DNA from: an uncultured Nitrososphaerales archaeon
Lineage (GTDB): Archaea; Thermoproteota; Nitrososphaeria; Nitrososphaerales; Gagatemarchaeaceae
Length of the DNA stretch: 64,000 nucleotides
Assembly: GCA_963706445.1 (NCBI GenBank)
Contig: OY970160.1
Coordinates: 768,001 to 832,000 of the forward strand
Direction: 5' to 3'
Shown: positions 1 through 9,085 of the stretch, piece by piece
Layout: each line of letters starts with the position of its first letter
Position numbering within the stretch: the stretch's first letter is position 1
Translations under genes and position numbers: made by a program
Notes under the pieces: model-generated
Database searches by the model: none
What the model was told of the DNA's origin: nothing
The model's input: the letters and a program-made list of their open reading frames with translations, nothing else

Positions 1-2
1 CG

Positions 3-227
3 GTCAGGGTCCAGGTCGTCACTCCCCCGGGGGCACTTTCCCGGGAGGGGCAGAAGCAGCTCGTCAAAGAAGTCACTGAGATTGTCGTCAGGGTCTCAGG
101 GGACCAGTCTCTGGGGAGCCGCACGTGGGTGATACTCACCGAGGCGGCCGAAGGTGGCTGGGGCCTCGCTGGGACCGCCTTTGGTCGTCAGGAGTTCGCG
201 GACCTAGCGGCGAACGGTAGACCTTAG
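3..227 (+). CDS. Tautomerase-family protein, 3' part (5' end outside window)
   Basis: Manual translation of frame 3 gives VRVQVVTPPGALSREGQKQLVKEVTEIV...TWVILTEAAEGGWGLAG..., the 4-oxalocrotonate tautomerase beta-alpha-beta pattern ending in WG-x-G. Not in the ORF track. Confidence 0.7.
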   Translation, partial: VRVQVVTPPGALSREGQKQLVKEVTEIVVRVSGDQSLGSRTWVILTEAAEGGWGLAGTAFGRQEFADLAANGRP

Positions 228-1771
228 TCACCAGGATCACCGTCACCACTGTCAGCCAGGGCTTGGCCCAAGGGTTCAGATAGCATGGGACCTGAAGGCA
301 GATTAAGCGTAAACGCCAAAGGCGTAGTGGTGCTACAAGCTCCATTTGAGACACATGCCTGGTAGGGGTACACAACACCTGAGCTGCCAAGATACAAAAG
401 AGGCAAAGGTGATTGGTGAAAGTCTAGCATGTAAAAGAGATTGGGCTGCTCGGCATCCCTCTGAGTCAGGGGCTGGAGATTCCAGTTGTACTCTATCGTC
501 GAAAGGAATGAAGAAAAGTCTTCTTGGGATGTTTGACCTCCAGAGTAACCGTAACTGGGACCATTAACTATCTGGCCCTGCTTCGAGTAAGGTGAGATAG
601 CTATCAGAGGTACCCTCATGCCCATACCGTACTGATCTATCTGTGTAGGGACGACATTATCATAATAGCCTCCGTAGTCATCCCACGTCAGGTAGATGAC
701 TGTCGAACTCCACGCTGGACTCTTTTCTATCGCATTGATTATTGAAGAGGTGTACTGCTCGCCCTGTAACCAGGTTGACTGTTGCGGATGCTCACTGACG
801 TCGGGCGCTGGAATTATCCAAGACACGGAAGGCAAACTGTTTGAGGCTATGGCATTGCTCAGATCATTGTAGTTCTGCAAGCCCTGGCACTCGCCTTGAG
901 TCTGTTGGACCTTGACGAAATCTGCTTCTCCTGACCAGAATCCATCATAGCCACCTCCAAAACCAGTTCCATGAATCTGACTGTTGACATAGGCAGCTGT
1001 CCATGGGACCACCCCATTGCAGTCGAGTGCGTCATTCCAATAGTACTGATAATACCCCCAGGAAATACCGTGTTGTGTTAGCTCCGTGCCAATATCGGCG
1101 AAGGTCAAATTATAGGGCGTCTGACATAGCCCTGAACACTTGTCAGTGATGCCACCTTGGGCTGCGACCGTATAGAGATGGTTGGGAAGGCTGAAACTCA
1201 GAGCACTCGACATGAACAGGTCATTGAGTGTATAGTACTGAGCGTAGTCCCAGTAGTAGGGAATCGCTTTACTATCGTAGTAGGCCATCGGATAAGTTGA
1301 TAGACTCTTTGCCACTGCTAATCCGAATCCATCCATCTTTCCATTGTCGTAAGCTGTATGAGCACATGTCGAAGCATGGCAGATATCAGTTTGCTGAATT
1401 ATAGGTCGAGTATCAGCATTGAACGGAGTCGCACACGGCCCTGAAGGTTGAGGCATGCAGGTGGAAAGGCTCAGGGCATATTGAGATGGGAGACCAGGGA
1501 AAGTTCCAAACATGTTATCGAAAGCATGGTTCTCTTGGATCATGAAGATGATGTGCTTAATGGGGCTAGCTGTAGGGGTTGAAGTGGCTGATGTTGCTGA
1601 AGTGGCTCAAGTGGCTGAAGCTGTGCTTTGCCCTCCAGTAGTGGTTGTCGAGCTCCCAACGGAGTAGATATTAGAATACATAAGGGCAACTCCCAGCACA
1701 ATCACTATTACGAAAACAGCGCCCGCAACAACCCACCAGGTTTTCAATTTGGAATTCCTAGGAGAGCTCAT
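224..1771 (-). pseudogene. Secreted phosphoesterase / phospholipase C-acid phosphatase family protein with an in-frame TGA at 1607-1609
   Basis: Motifs IKHIIFMIQENHAFDNMFG, SLPNH, SEHP, TWDDYGGYYD, GMRVP. The frame extends upstream to an ATG at 1771 (signal anchor plus S/T linker) but has a TGA inside a run of TCA-GCC-ACT repeats. Catalytic part 224-1543 is intact. Confidence 0.75.
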
Positions 1772-1900
1772 ACCCTGTTACGCTTTCGCAGGACTTCCCA
1801 GCCTAACAAGTTCACGTTGTTTCGCAATATGAAGTCGAATATTTGCGTTACTTTGTGGCCCTACGAGGCCTCGAATTCGCCAAAACCAAGCTATGTAGGT

Positions 1901-1940
1901 TGGGGTGCCTACGTGAACTGAGAAAGCCCCGCCAGGAAGC
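1901..1940 (+). repeat. 40-bp dispersed att-like site, copy A
   Basis: TGGGGTGCCTACGTGAACTGAGAAAGCCCCGCCAGGAAGC aligns without gaps to copies at 7574, 10937, 12377, 19449, 20594(-) and 42484. Confidence 0.8.
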
Positions 1941-2291
1941 GAGCATTATGGAGTCACTGGACACTATCAGAAACACACGCCCAATTTTCCTCTTGCCCTA
2001 CGCCCTGTCGTGCTGCGCACCTAAGACAATAGTTCGCGGGCCGTGCTCCATCGGCCTCAGAACTCATCTTATTTGCTCCTCGCGACGGAGTCCCTTCGGA
2101 AGGAGCTATTGGAGGCCCAAGTGATTTCAGTGCGGTCCGGAAAGAAATGAGCGTGTCTTGCCAAATCATGGATAAGTAATTACGATTATTAGCTAGCGCC
2201 GGTGAAATCTGCCTTTTCCCGTCCGAGCGCCCCCAGGATTCACCAATCATCAGCTCGCACCATTACCTCAGTACACCAAAACAACGGCATA

Positions 2292-2519
2292 AAGACAATC
2301 TTGCTGTCACAAATGATCAGAGCCAAGCGAGCGGGGACCTGGTTCGGCCTAGGAAAGGTGCAGAGGAGCCTCTACAGCCTCGCCATGAGGCTGGACGTGA
2401 AGCTGCAGAGCCCCGAGCTCCTGAAGGCTCTCGTATCAGTGCTCAGGAGCCTGAGGGACAGGTTCGTCGTCGGCCACGCTCAGACCATATTCCTGGTGTT
2501 CGGTTTCAGGCGCAGGTAG
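2292..2519 (+). pseudogene. Truncated remnant of an archaeal hypothetical gene
   Basis: Protein-like segment RAKRAGTWFGLGKVQRSLYSLAMRLDVKLQSPELLKALVSVL with coding-like codon usage but no convincing start. Confidence 0.4.
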
Positions 2520-2628
2520 CATCGGGAAGGGGAGCCGAGAATGGCAGTGGATTTCCCGTTGTGAGAGAGATCGAAACCTTCGAAGTCATTAGCTCAAAGA
2601 TGCGATTTCCCCTTCACAACCGACCTGC

Positions 2629-4014
2629 CTAGGTCGACTTGCAACTACACACACCCATGACATGGGCTTTCCATTGTCTCTTTGCGCTGTCTTCGCTTAT
2701 CCTGTTCTCCAGGCTTATTTCTCTGAAGGACTTCCCCTTCGGTTCCTCAGCTGAACCGTTGACGCCCATATGTTCGGCAACAATGACACGATGCATTTGT
2801 TCATCAATGGCTGGGGCCCGTCCACCGTATTTCCTAGCTTCGTCTCTCCTCCGAACCATTGCAATGGCAGTTTTCTTCTCGTCGAAGGAAACTCTGATAC
2901 CTAGCCTTTCGATGATCGAGGTGCCTCTCTTGATGTGCCATGGGGGCAATAGGAACCACCCGATAGCGAATTGTCCTCTTTCTCCAACCATGTTGAACAA
3001 ATGAGACGGGAGCTGCCTCATGAGCTCCGGAGTCTCGTATTTCATCGTCCAGTTAAGATTGTCAGGGATTTCCATCTGGCCCATTGTCTTCATGAAGAGA
3101 AAAGTTGTTAGTTCGCGGACGTCCTTTGAAACACCCACACTCCGTTGAGAATCAGTGATGACGGCATAGCCGCAATGAAAGAGGGTATTGTTGAAGGTGA
3201 TGAAATCTTCCGCCGAGTCTTTGGCGCCTCGAGGTCGCCCGGACTTCATTCTCCCAGCTATCCATTCTTGGGCTTCCCGAATGAGGATCACGTGAGTGCG
3301 GTTCCAACTGTCCCTCTTTGAGAAACACTCCGTCAGTTTTTCGAGAGCTGCGTAGTAAAGTTCCTCATTGGCGAAGAAACTCTTAGTCATGATGAAAATC
3401 CGCCCGTCTGGGGCTGTCTTCGGTTCCAGGTCTTCAATGCTCATCGTGTGATAATTGCAATCGAGAGTGGTTTCTGCCCCGCGAACCAGAATTACGCGGT
3501 CAGAATAGGGGGAATCGAGCCAAGCGAGCGACTCGTTGTCATTGGCAGCATACAGGTCGTAGACCGAAGACCCATTCTGCAAGTATTTGATGGCGATCGT
3601 CTCCCCAAGTCCAGATTTCCCAGATCGGCGGACCCCGATAATCCGAAAAGTTGCGACGTCCTTGAAGTCGGGCAGGTAAGGTGACCCCACGAATGATTTC
3701 AGTATCTGAATGGGAAACTGAATGTCTGGGGTCCAAGGTTTGAATGGAGTCCAAGATTCGACGGGACCTCGCACCGCTTCCGTTATCACACCCTCGGACT
3801 CGCAATTGCTGCACCCTTCGTCTGGCCAGAATCGTCTGTCATGGCGCTTACATACTCTGCTGTACATACGTCGGTAGGGCATTTCGACGCGATGGCGGGC
3901 CTTCGGATCTCTCACACCGACGTTCACAAGTTGCGAAATCGTCTTCTTGTCAGGCACGTATGCGTAGTCCTTCTCTCTTCTCGTCAGTGCCCTTGGGTCG
4001 TTAGGCAAGTCCAT
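2629..4014 (-). CDS. FtsK/HerA-superfamily (packaging/Zot-like) P-loop ATPase with N-terminal Cys/His cluster and C-terminal HTH-like segment
   Basis: Walker A GVRRSGKS, variant Walker B VILIREA, downstream GYAVITDSQ...DVRE sensor/Arg pattern. CKRH...CSNC near the N-terminus; KSFREISLENRISEDSAKRQW near the C-terminus. Confidence 0.65.
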   Translation of the reverse strand: MDLPNDPRALTRREKDYAYVPDKKTISQLVNVGVRDPKARHRVEMPYRRMYSRVCKRHDRRFWPDEGCSNCESEGVITEAVRGPVESWTPFKPWTPDIQFPIQILKSFVGSPYLPDFKDVATFRIIGVRRSGKSGLGETIAIKYLQNGSSVYDLYAANDNESLAWLDSPYSDRVILVRGAETTLDCNYHTMSIEDLEPKTAPDGRIFIMTKSFFANEELYYAALEKLTECFSKRDSWNRTHVILIREAQEWIAGRMKSGRPRGAKDSAEDFITFNNTLFHCGYAVITDSQRSVGVSKDVRELTTFLFMKTMGQMEIPDNLNWTMKYETPELMRQLPSHLFNMVGERGQFAIGWFLLPPWHIKRGTSIIERLGIRVSFDEKKTAIAMVRRRDEARKYGGRAPAIDEQMHRVIVAEHMGVNGSAEEPKGKSFREISLENRISEDSAKRQWKAHVMGVCSCKST

Positions 4015-4323
4015 GCCCCATTATTCGGAGAGGTTACATAAAAACACTATGATTTTCATAAAGTCATCAGCGATTAGCGATAATTTAGCACTTAACGCTA
4101 ATGGAAATCAAATATCTAGTATATTCGGTTCGACAGCAATATGAACGAATGGGGTGTAACTCACATACTAGTAGTACGGGCACCCCTCTATACGCACGAC
4201 GACTGGCGAAACTAGGTCCTTTGCATCACGTTCAGTTTTTCTTGTTGCGGTATCGCGTTCGATCAGAATGGTACGAAGAAGGCTGACAGGAGAGAACACT
4301 ATTCTCCGGGCCTGATTCGCTAT

Positions 4324-4440
4324 TCATTTCTTCTCGTGGCGTCGCATATGTTCAGTCACCATGCTGTCCAACTGCTTCTGGTACATACTGAAGAATGGCC
4401 GACCGCAAACCGGACACGAAGCAGAAAGGACCTTTGGCAT
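4324..4440 (-). CDS. 38-aa C2H2-type zinc-finger mini-protein
   Basis: Manual translation MPKVLSASCPVCGRPFFSMYQKQLDSMVTEHMRRHEKK (CxxC...HxxxH). Below the ORF track cutoff. Confidence 0.65.
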   Translation of the reverse strand: MPKVLSASCPVCGRPFFSMYQKQLDSMVTEHMRRHEKK

Positions 4441-4546
4441 TGGTGGCACCTTTATGGGCAACGATACCCATGACGGTATCCCCTCCTAATAAGCATGTCT
4501 TTGGGTAGTGTTTTTATACCCCCATATGGATATGGGTAGGGATAGC

Positions 4547-4867
4547 ATGTCAGAAAGCGACGAACCTAATTTCACTGTCGTCAGCATCAGTTATGCGGGG
4601 GATGGTGACCGGTACATGCTAGAGTTGTTCGACTCCAAGGTAATCGACGCGGCCAAGAAGGGGAGGAAGAGCAGGCGAGAACTCTGGGACATCCGGGAGC
4701 ACAATCTAGAACGCGAAGGAATGTTCCCGTTCATCCTCTCGACCCAGAGGGTGTTCCTCCCAGTCACTAACGGGGAGTTCATGAGGCTAGCCCCGTTCGT
4801 TGGCATGAGGGTGAGGATCGCCATCTCTGTTGTGGGGTCCCAATCGAGAACCCTGATTGCTGATTAG
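4547..4867 (+). CDS. Hypothetical protein (small beta-rich archaeal type)
   Basis: ATG about 35 nt after TTTTTATA; beta-strand pattern ending PFVGMRVRIAISV. Confidence 0.55.
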   Translation: MSESDEPNFTVVSISYAGDGDRYMLELFDSKVIDAAKKGRKSRRELWDIREHNLEREGMFPFILSTQRVFLPVTNGEFMRLAPFVGMRVRIAISVVGSQSRTLIAD

Positions 4868-5090
4868 CAAACTTAGAGAAACCGTATGTGTGTGCTTACA
4901 TTCGCCCAGAGGAAATTCTTCTCTCCTCCGCCGCTTGATTCCGGGTCTGCGATTTTGGTCAGGTGAAACCATCCCATCAGTCTGGGGCCTGGCCACTCTT
5001 TTGCCAATGAGAGCTCGTCCCTCGTCACATGCACATTGTGCTAAAGGCGTTATCATGAAGGCAGGTCCCCCTCCAAGAAGCAGCCGTCGC

Positions 5091-5118
5091 CGTCCGTAAT
5101 TCTTTAATATTACGGACG
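5091..5118. promoter_or_regulatory. Perfect 10-bp inverted repeat around the TATA box of the TA operon (likely autoregulatory operator)
   Basis: CGTCCGTAAT-tctttaat-ATTACGGACG, ending 14 nt before the antitoxin ATG. Confidence 0.7.
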
Positions 5119-5131
5119 TTATCGCTCACCA

Positions 5132-5365
5132 ATGGAGAAAACCGAGGTGCAGCGGAGATTCACAACCACTATCCCCAAAAAGGTAAGAGAGAAGCTTGGG
5201 TTGAAGGAGGGGACTGGCCTATTCTGGGAAGTTGAGGAGGGTCGGATGGTCGTCTATCCCGCCACCTACTCCTCACTCGACGGCGTCCTGGAGGGGAAGG
5301 TCGAATACACGCGCAGAGTGAAGGAACAAGTCGAGGAAAGATTCCTTGGGCTTGAGAAGGGTTGA
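5132..5365 (+). CDS. vapB: AbrB/MazE/SpoVT-family antitoxin
   Basis: TTTIPKKVREKLGLKEG...WEVEEGRMVV AbrB signature; overlaps the PIN gene. Confidence 0.85.
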   Translation: MEKTEVQRRFTTTIPKKVREKLGLKEGTGLFWEVEEGRMVVYPATYSSLDGVLEGKVEYTRRVKEQVEERFLGLEKG

Positions 5366-5799
5366 GGCCCCTTCCTGAAGCCATCATCCTAGACCTCGCG
5401 GCGATCCTTGCTTTCGTCTTTGAAGACGACGACCTTCACCCCAATGCGAAGAGGATGATGAATGAAATAGAGAGGAAGAAGGCCTCTGTCTATGTCAGCG
5501 AGGCTACACCGTATGAGGCGGAGGCGCTTTTCCTGTCGGGGAGAACAAGCGTGCCGCAGCGGTCATGGACCTCATTCGTTTCAAGGCTCTGGCAGGACCC
5601 GCTGTTCCCAAGGCTCCCGACCACCGCACGCGTGTTTGCCGAGCACCTTCGCTACTATAGAGGAAACGGCGGCAGGCTTACCTACTTCGACTCCTTCCAT
5701 GCGGCGACTTCGAGGGTGTCTGGCATTCCCCTGATCACCCCTGACGGAGAGCTCCTCTCTGAGAAATCCATCGGCACGATTGATCTGGCAGAGATGTAA
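5362..5799 (+). CDS. vapC: PIN-domain (VapC) toxin
   Basis: IILD at the N-terminus, conserved E, LTYFDSFHAA and LITPD PIN motifs. Confidence 0.85.
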   Translation: MRPLPEAIILDLAAILAFVFEDDDLHPNAKRMMNEIERKKASVYVSEATPYEAEALFLSGRTSVPQRSWTSFVSRLWQDPLFPRLPTTARVFAEHLRYYRGNGGRLTYFDSFHAATSRVSGIPLITPDGELLSEKSIGTIDLAEM

Positions 5800-6137
5800 A
5801 GTCATCAACTCGCCGTCAGCAGTTCTATCTTCGTGATTATCCTCTCCAACTTCTCCCCCGGTTCGGCTAGGACGTCAGCATGGCCTTCAGCTTTGCTAGG
5901 TAGTCGCCGATGTCGGCCCTTCTTGCCTCTTCTTCGTCCCACGAATTCCCGATTCCAAAAGCCGACTTTCTAACCCGGTCCCGCTTTTCTCATCATGGTT
6001 TCTTTATGGGTCCGGCTATCGTAGTATCGCCCTGAGGAACGATTGGCTGCCCACGAACCACTCCGTCTGCGTACAGCTGTAGGCTTGCCCAGGTTATATA
6101 GTCAAAAGGCGCACTTTGCGCTCAGAGTTACCGGACC

Positions 6138-6360
6138 ATGGATACGGTTCAGCGACACCGTCCGCAGCGGCTCGTGCCCAGGAATAAGCAAAGAGGGAAG
6201 ACAAGGGTAGCAGGAAACAGGCCTCGGTGAAGCGGAGGTTGCGAGGGTCTGCTTCCATCCGGCCATCGTGGATCTGGTGTGTTCTACATGTGGCACCGAG
6301 TTCAACGATGTGGCACTTGCAGAAGTCCTCGAAGGCTGGGAAATCAGAGTCTCAAGCTGA
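6138..6360 (+). pseudogene. Frameshifted copy of a small Zn-ribbon gene (paralog of 25094)
   Basis: About 280 bp including the TTATATA promoter is near-identical to 25024-25301. An extra C (aggcctcggtga vs aggctcggtgaa) causes an early stop; the corrected frame ends WEIRVSS*. Confidence 0.7.
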
Positions 6361-6667
6361 AATCCGGAATCAGGGCGTGGCGCTCGAAGATTCAGTCCAG
6401 AGCTACCTTGGAGCCGGACCTGCTCAGCGATTTCCTGACCGTGCTTTCCGCATTCGTGCTGTATCGCTCTGTAATGACGCTTTCCCGATGAGCCACATCG
6501 AGAAGGAGATTCGCCCCAGCAAGGCAAGTCAAAGCGCCGTTCCCTAGCCGGCTCATCCTGAGCTGTCTGTGCGGTGGGGCGCCCATACAGACTACCCAAT
6601 CGTGCAAAGTTGAGCTTAGGATAACATGGTACCAAAATTGAAATAACACACTGGCTGATTCAAAGTC

Positions 6668-7504
6668 ATGAACCTGACCCTCGAAAACGTGTCAGACAGG
6701 GTGACGGTCTTCACCGGTCGCCATCCGACGGAAGGAGTTGGTGTTACGTCCACGGTCGTATCATCGGGAAAAGACGCGTTTGTGTTCGACACTCTGATGT
6801 ACCCAGACGACACTCGGAACCTGCTCCTGAGCGTGAAGTCCATGGGGTTGGTCCCGGTGGGCCTGATAAACACACATTGGCACTGGGACCATACAGCGGG
6901 GAACCAGATGTTCTTTGAGACAAGGAGAATAATCTCACACAGTCTCTCTCCTGACTTGATGCGCAAAATGACCTGGGACGATTTCAACAAAGACCTTGAA
7001 GAGGGAGACAAGATCAGGACCGTGTATCCCAACGAGACGATCAAAGACAAGTCGGTCCTGACACTAGGTGATTTGGAAGTCGAGTTTCTCCACACTCCGG
7101 GGCATACACCTGATTCTATCGTCGCACACCTGAAGAATGAACGCGTCATCGTAGCAGGTGACACAGTGATGGAGCTGCCATACCTGTGGTTCGGGGACAG
7201 CCTGACGCTGATCGATTCGCTCCGGAGTCTTAAATCAGCCTCAGCCGGGAAGGTAATAGTTCAAGGGCATGGGGGACTGTGCAGCACGGAGAAGCTCGAC
7301 TCAGACATCCGCTACATTGAGAGTACAAGGAAGATGGTAGCGGAATGCATCAGCTCCGGGAAGACGCCCAAGGAGGTAGCGCAGCTGATTCCGCTTTCGG
7401 AATGTCTTCCGAGTGAGAGGCTTGAGAGGATGCCGGAGGCTTACGGAGAATTTCATTCTGGAAACTTGGAGAAGCTCTGTGGGGAGATTACGCAGTCTGG
7501 TTGA
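6668..7504 (+). CDS. MBL-fold metallo-hydrolase
   Basis: THWHWDHTAGN, HTPGHTPD, AGD and GHG metal-binding motifs. Confidence 0.9.
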   Translation: MNLTLENVSDRVTVFTGRHPTEGVGVTSTVVSSGKDAFVFDTLMYPDDTRNLLLSVKSMGLVPVGLINTHWHWDHTAGNQMFFETRRIISHSLSPDLMRKMTWDDFNKDLEEGDKIRTVYPNETIKDKSVLTLGDLEVEFLHTPGHTPDSIVAHLKNERVIVAGDTVMELPYLWFGDSLTLIDSLRSLKSASAGKVIVQGHGGLCSTEKLDSDIRYIESTRKMVAECISSGKTPKEVAQLIPLSECLPSERLERMPEAYGEFHSGNLEKLCGEITQSG

Positions 7505-7573
7505 CCGTTGTGCGGGGATACCGTTCCACGAGACCTTCTCAGTACGCCGCTGACGCATCATCCACGCGTCCGC

Positions 7574-7613
7574 TGGGGCGCTTACCTAGATTGACAAGTC
7601 CAGGCCAGGGTGC
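7574..7613 (+). repeat. 40-bp att-like site, copy B
   Basis: TGGGGCGCTTACCTAGATTGACAAGTCCAGGCCAGGGTGC. Confidence 0.85.
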
Positions 7614-7665
7614 CTGTCAATATTCGATGGCTCCCTGCATCTTGAACCATGTTCTAGTTCGAAGC

Positions 7666-8157
7666 CTAACGAGACCACGTTATTGAGAAGGTCGAGAAGC
7701 TAATGGCACTGGTTGCTGTCAGACAATAGACATAATCGGTCCCTGAATACAGAGTTACGGGAATACCGCTGCTCAAGGTTATCATCTTGCCCCCTGAAGT
7801 ACATTCGTGAGAAAACTTCGCCATGCCTACGCTGAGGATCCAACCGGACGGCACGCGAAAAACTGGCGTAGCCTGCGGAGAAACGCCACCTCGAGATTGT
7901 TCAGTTGTGAATGCTGAGCCTGTACCGCATCCATAGACGAGAGTTGAGGGCCGCCCCGAGAACGATGGGATGATGCTCTGACGGGGATCTAGTGTTAGAT
8001 GACTGCATCCGCTTCTCAAAGGGGGATTGGAAGAAGGCGGAGGATTTGCAACGGCATGGACAACGAACCTTCCACCGAGCAACAAGATGGCGACGAAGAG
8101 CATCACAAGTCCCGCTGAGCGCAATCGCATCATCTCAGATGTGTCCCTGAAGCCCAA
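7666..8157 (-). CDS. Secreted small beta-protein, paralog of 8207-8698
   Basis: Signal peptide; shares VYxCG, TPxFxVPSGWxL, YCL and FSITWS with its neighbour. Confidence 0.7.
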   Translation of the reverse strand: MGFRDTSEMMRLRSAGLVMLFVAILLLGGRFVVHAVANPPPSSNPPLRSGCSHLTLDPRQSIIPSFSGRPSTLVYGCGTGSAFTTEQSRGGVSPQATPVFRVPSGWILSVGMAKFSHECTSGGKMITLSSGIPVTLYSGTDYVYCLTATSAISFSTFSITWSR

Positions 8158-8206
8158 AGAAAAGCTGGGGCTCCATCGTCGTAGTTTTCAACGACTCGAT
8201 GGGGAC

Positions 8207-8698
8207 TTACTGTGACCAGGTTATGGAGAACGATGTGAAGGTGGATGCACTGAGTGACGAGAGACAGTAGTCGTAGAATGTCCCTCCGGCCAAACTGACT
8301 GGAGTTGCAGTGGTTAGTGAAATTAACCCCGTCTGGCATGGTCCGGAAGAAACTGGTGAAACACCCAGAGCCCAGCCACTTGGGACAGTAAACGTCGGTG
8401 TTACGGATACGGGGTTGTTTCCTGTTGCTGTTTGGAATGCAGCATCGGCGCCGGTGCCTGCCGTGCCACACGCATAGACAATTGATGCACCTGATCCTGC
8501 AATCCCTGGTATGACACTTTCAGAAGGCACGATGACTAGCTGATTATTGGTACAAGGTCCAGCAGTGAGGGAAGCCGTAGCGAATGTTTGACCTGGGAAG
8601 GTCTGAGTAAAGAGAGTTGCAGCATAAGCCACCATAGCACCTGAGATCATTATGCCTGCCGCGAGGAGGATAAGGGATCGTTTAGATCTTATTTTCAT
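8207..8698 (-). CDS. Secreted small beta-protein (possible fibre/pilin-like subunit)
   Basis: MKIRSKRSLILL...VAYAATLFTQT signal peptide; four Cys; paralog of the downstream gene. Confidence 0.7.
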   Translation of the reverse strand: MKIRSKRSLILLAAGIMISGAMVAYAATLFTQTFPGQTFATASLTAGPCTNNQLVIVPSESVIPGIAGSGASIVYACGTAGTGADAAFQTATGNNPVSVTPTFTVPSGWALGVSPVSSGPCQTGLISLTTATPVSLAGGTFYDYCLSSLSASTFTSFSITWSQ

Positions 8699-9085
8699 TT
8701 GATTCACCTCTCTGTTTGGTTTTGTTTCTTCATAGTATAGGCCAACTTGCAAAGACTGGAATCGAAAAATACTTGGTCATTTTTTGGCCTCGGATTCTCC
8801 CTGCTTCCACTCAAATGTCTTAATTCTAGGAGAAATTGATGCCTTGGGCTCATCGCTGGACGAGAGCGCGCATGCAACCTAGTTCCAGTAGCATATTCTC
8901 AAACCATCATTGGATACTCATCGCTTTGCCAAGGCGAAATTTCTTTAGCCTCCTCTAGAGACATTCCGATCTATTTCGCCTTAATCCTTCGCCATTCAAT
9001 CCGGATAAGCACGAAGGGGTTTTGAATACTCCAGCAGGTCTATTAGACGCGCCCCAGTCCAGAGCTGTTCCAAGGAAGCTCTTTC

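Noticed and set aside
1607-1609. Selenocysteine codon
   Set aside because: It lies in a Ser/Thr linker repeat where TCA is expected; a point change is simpler.
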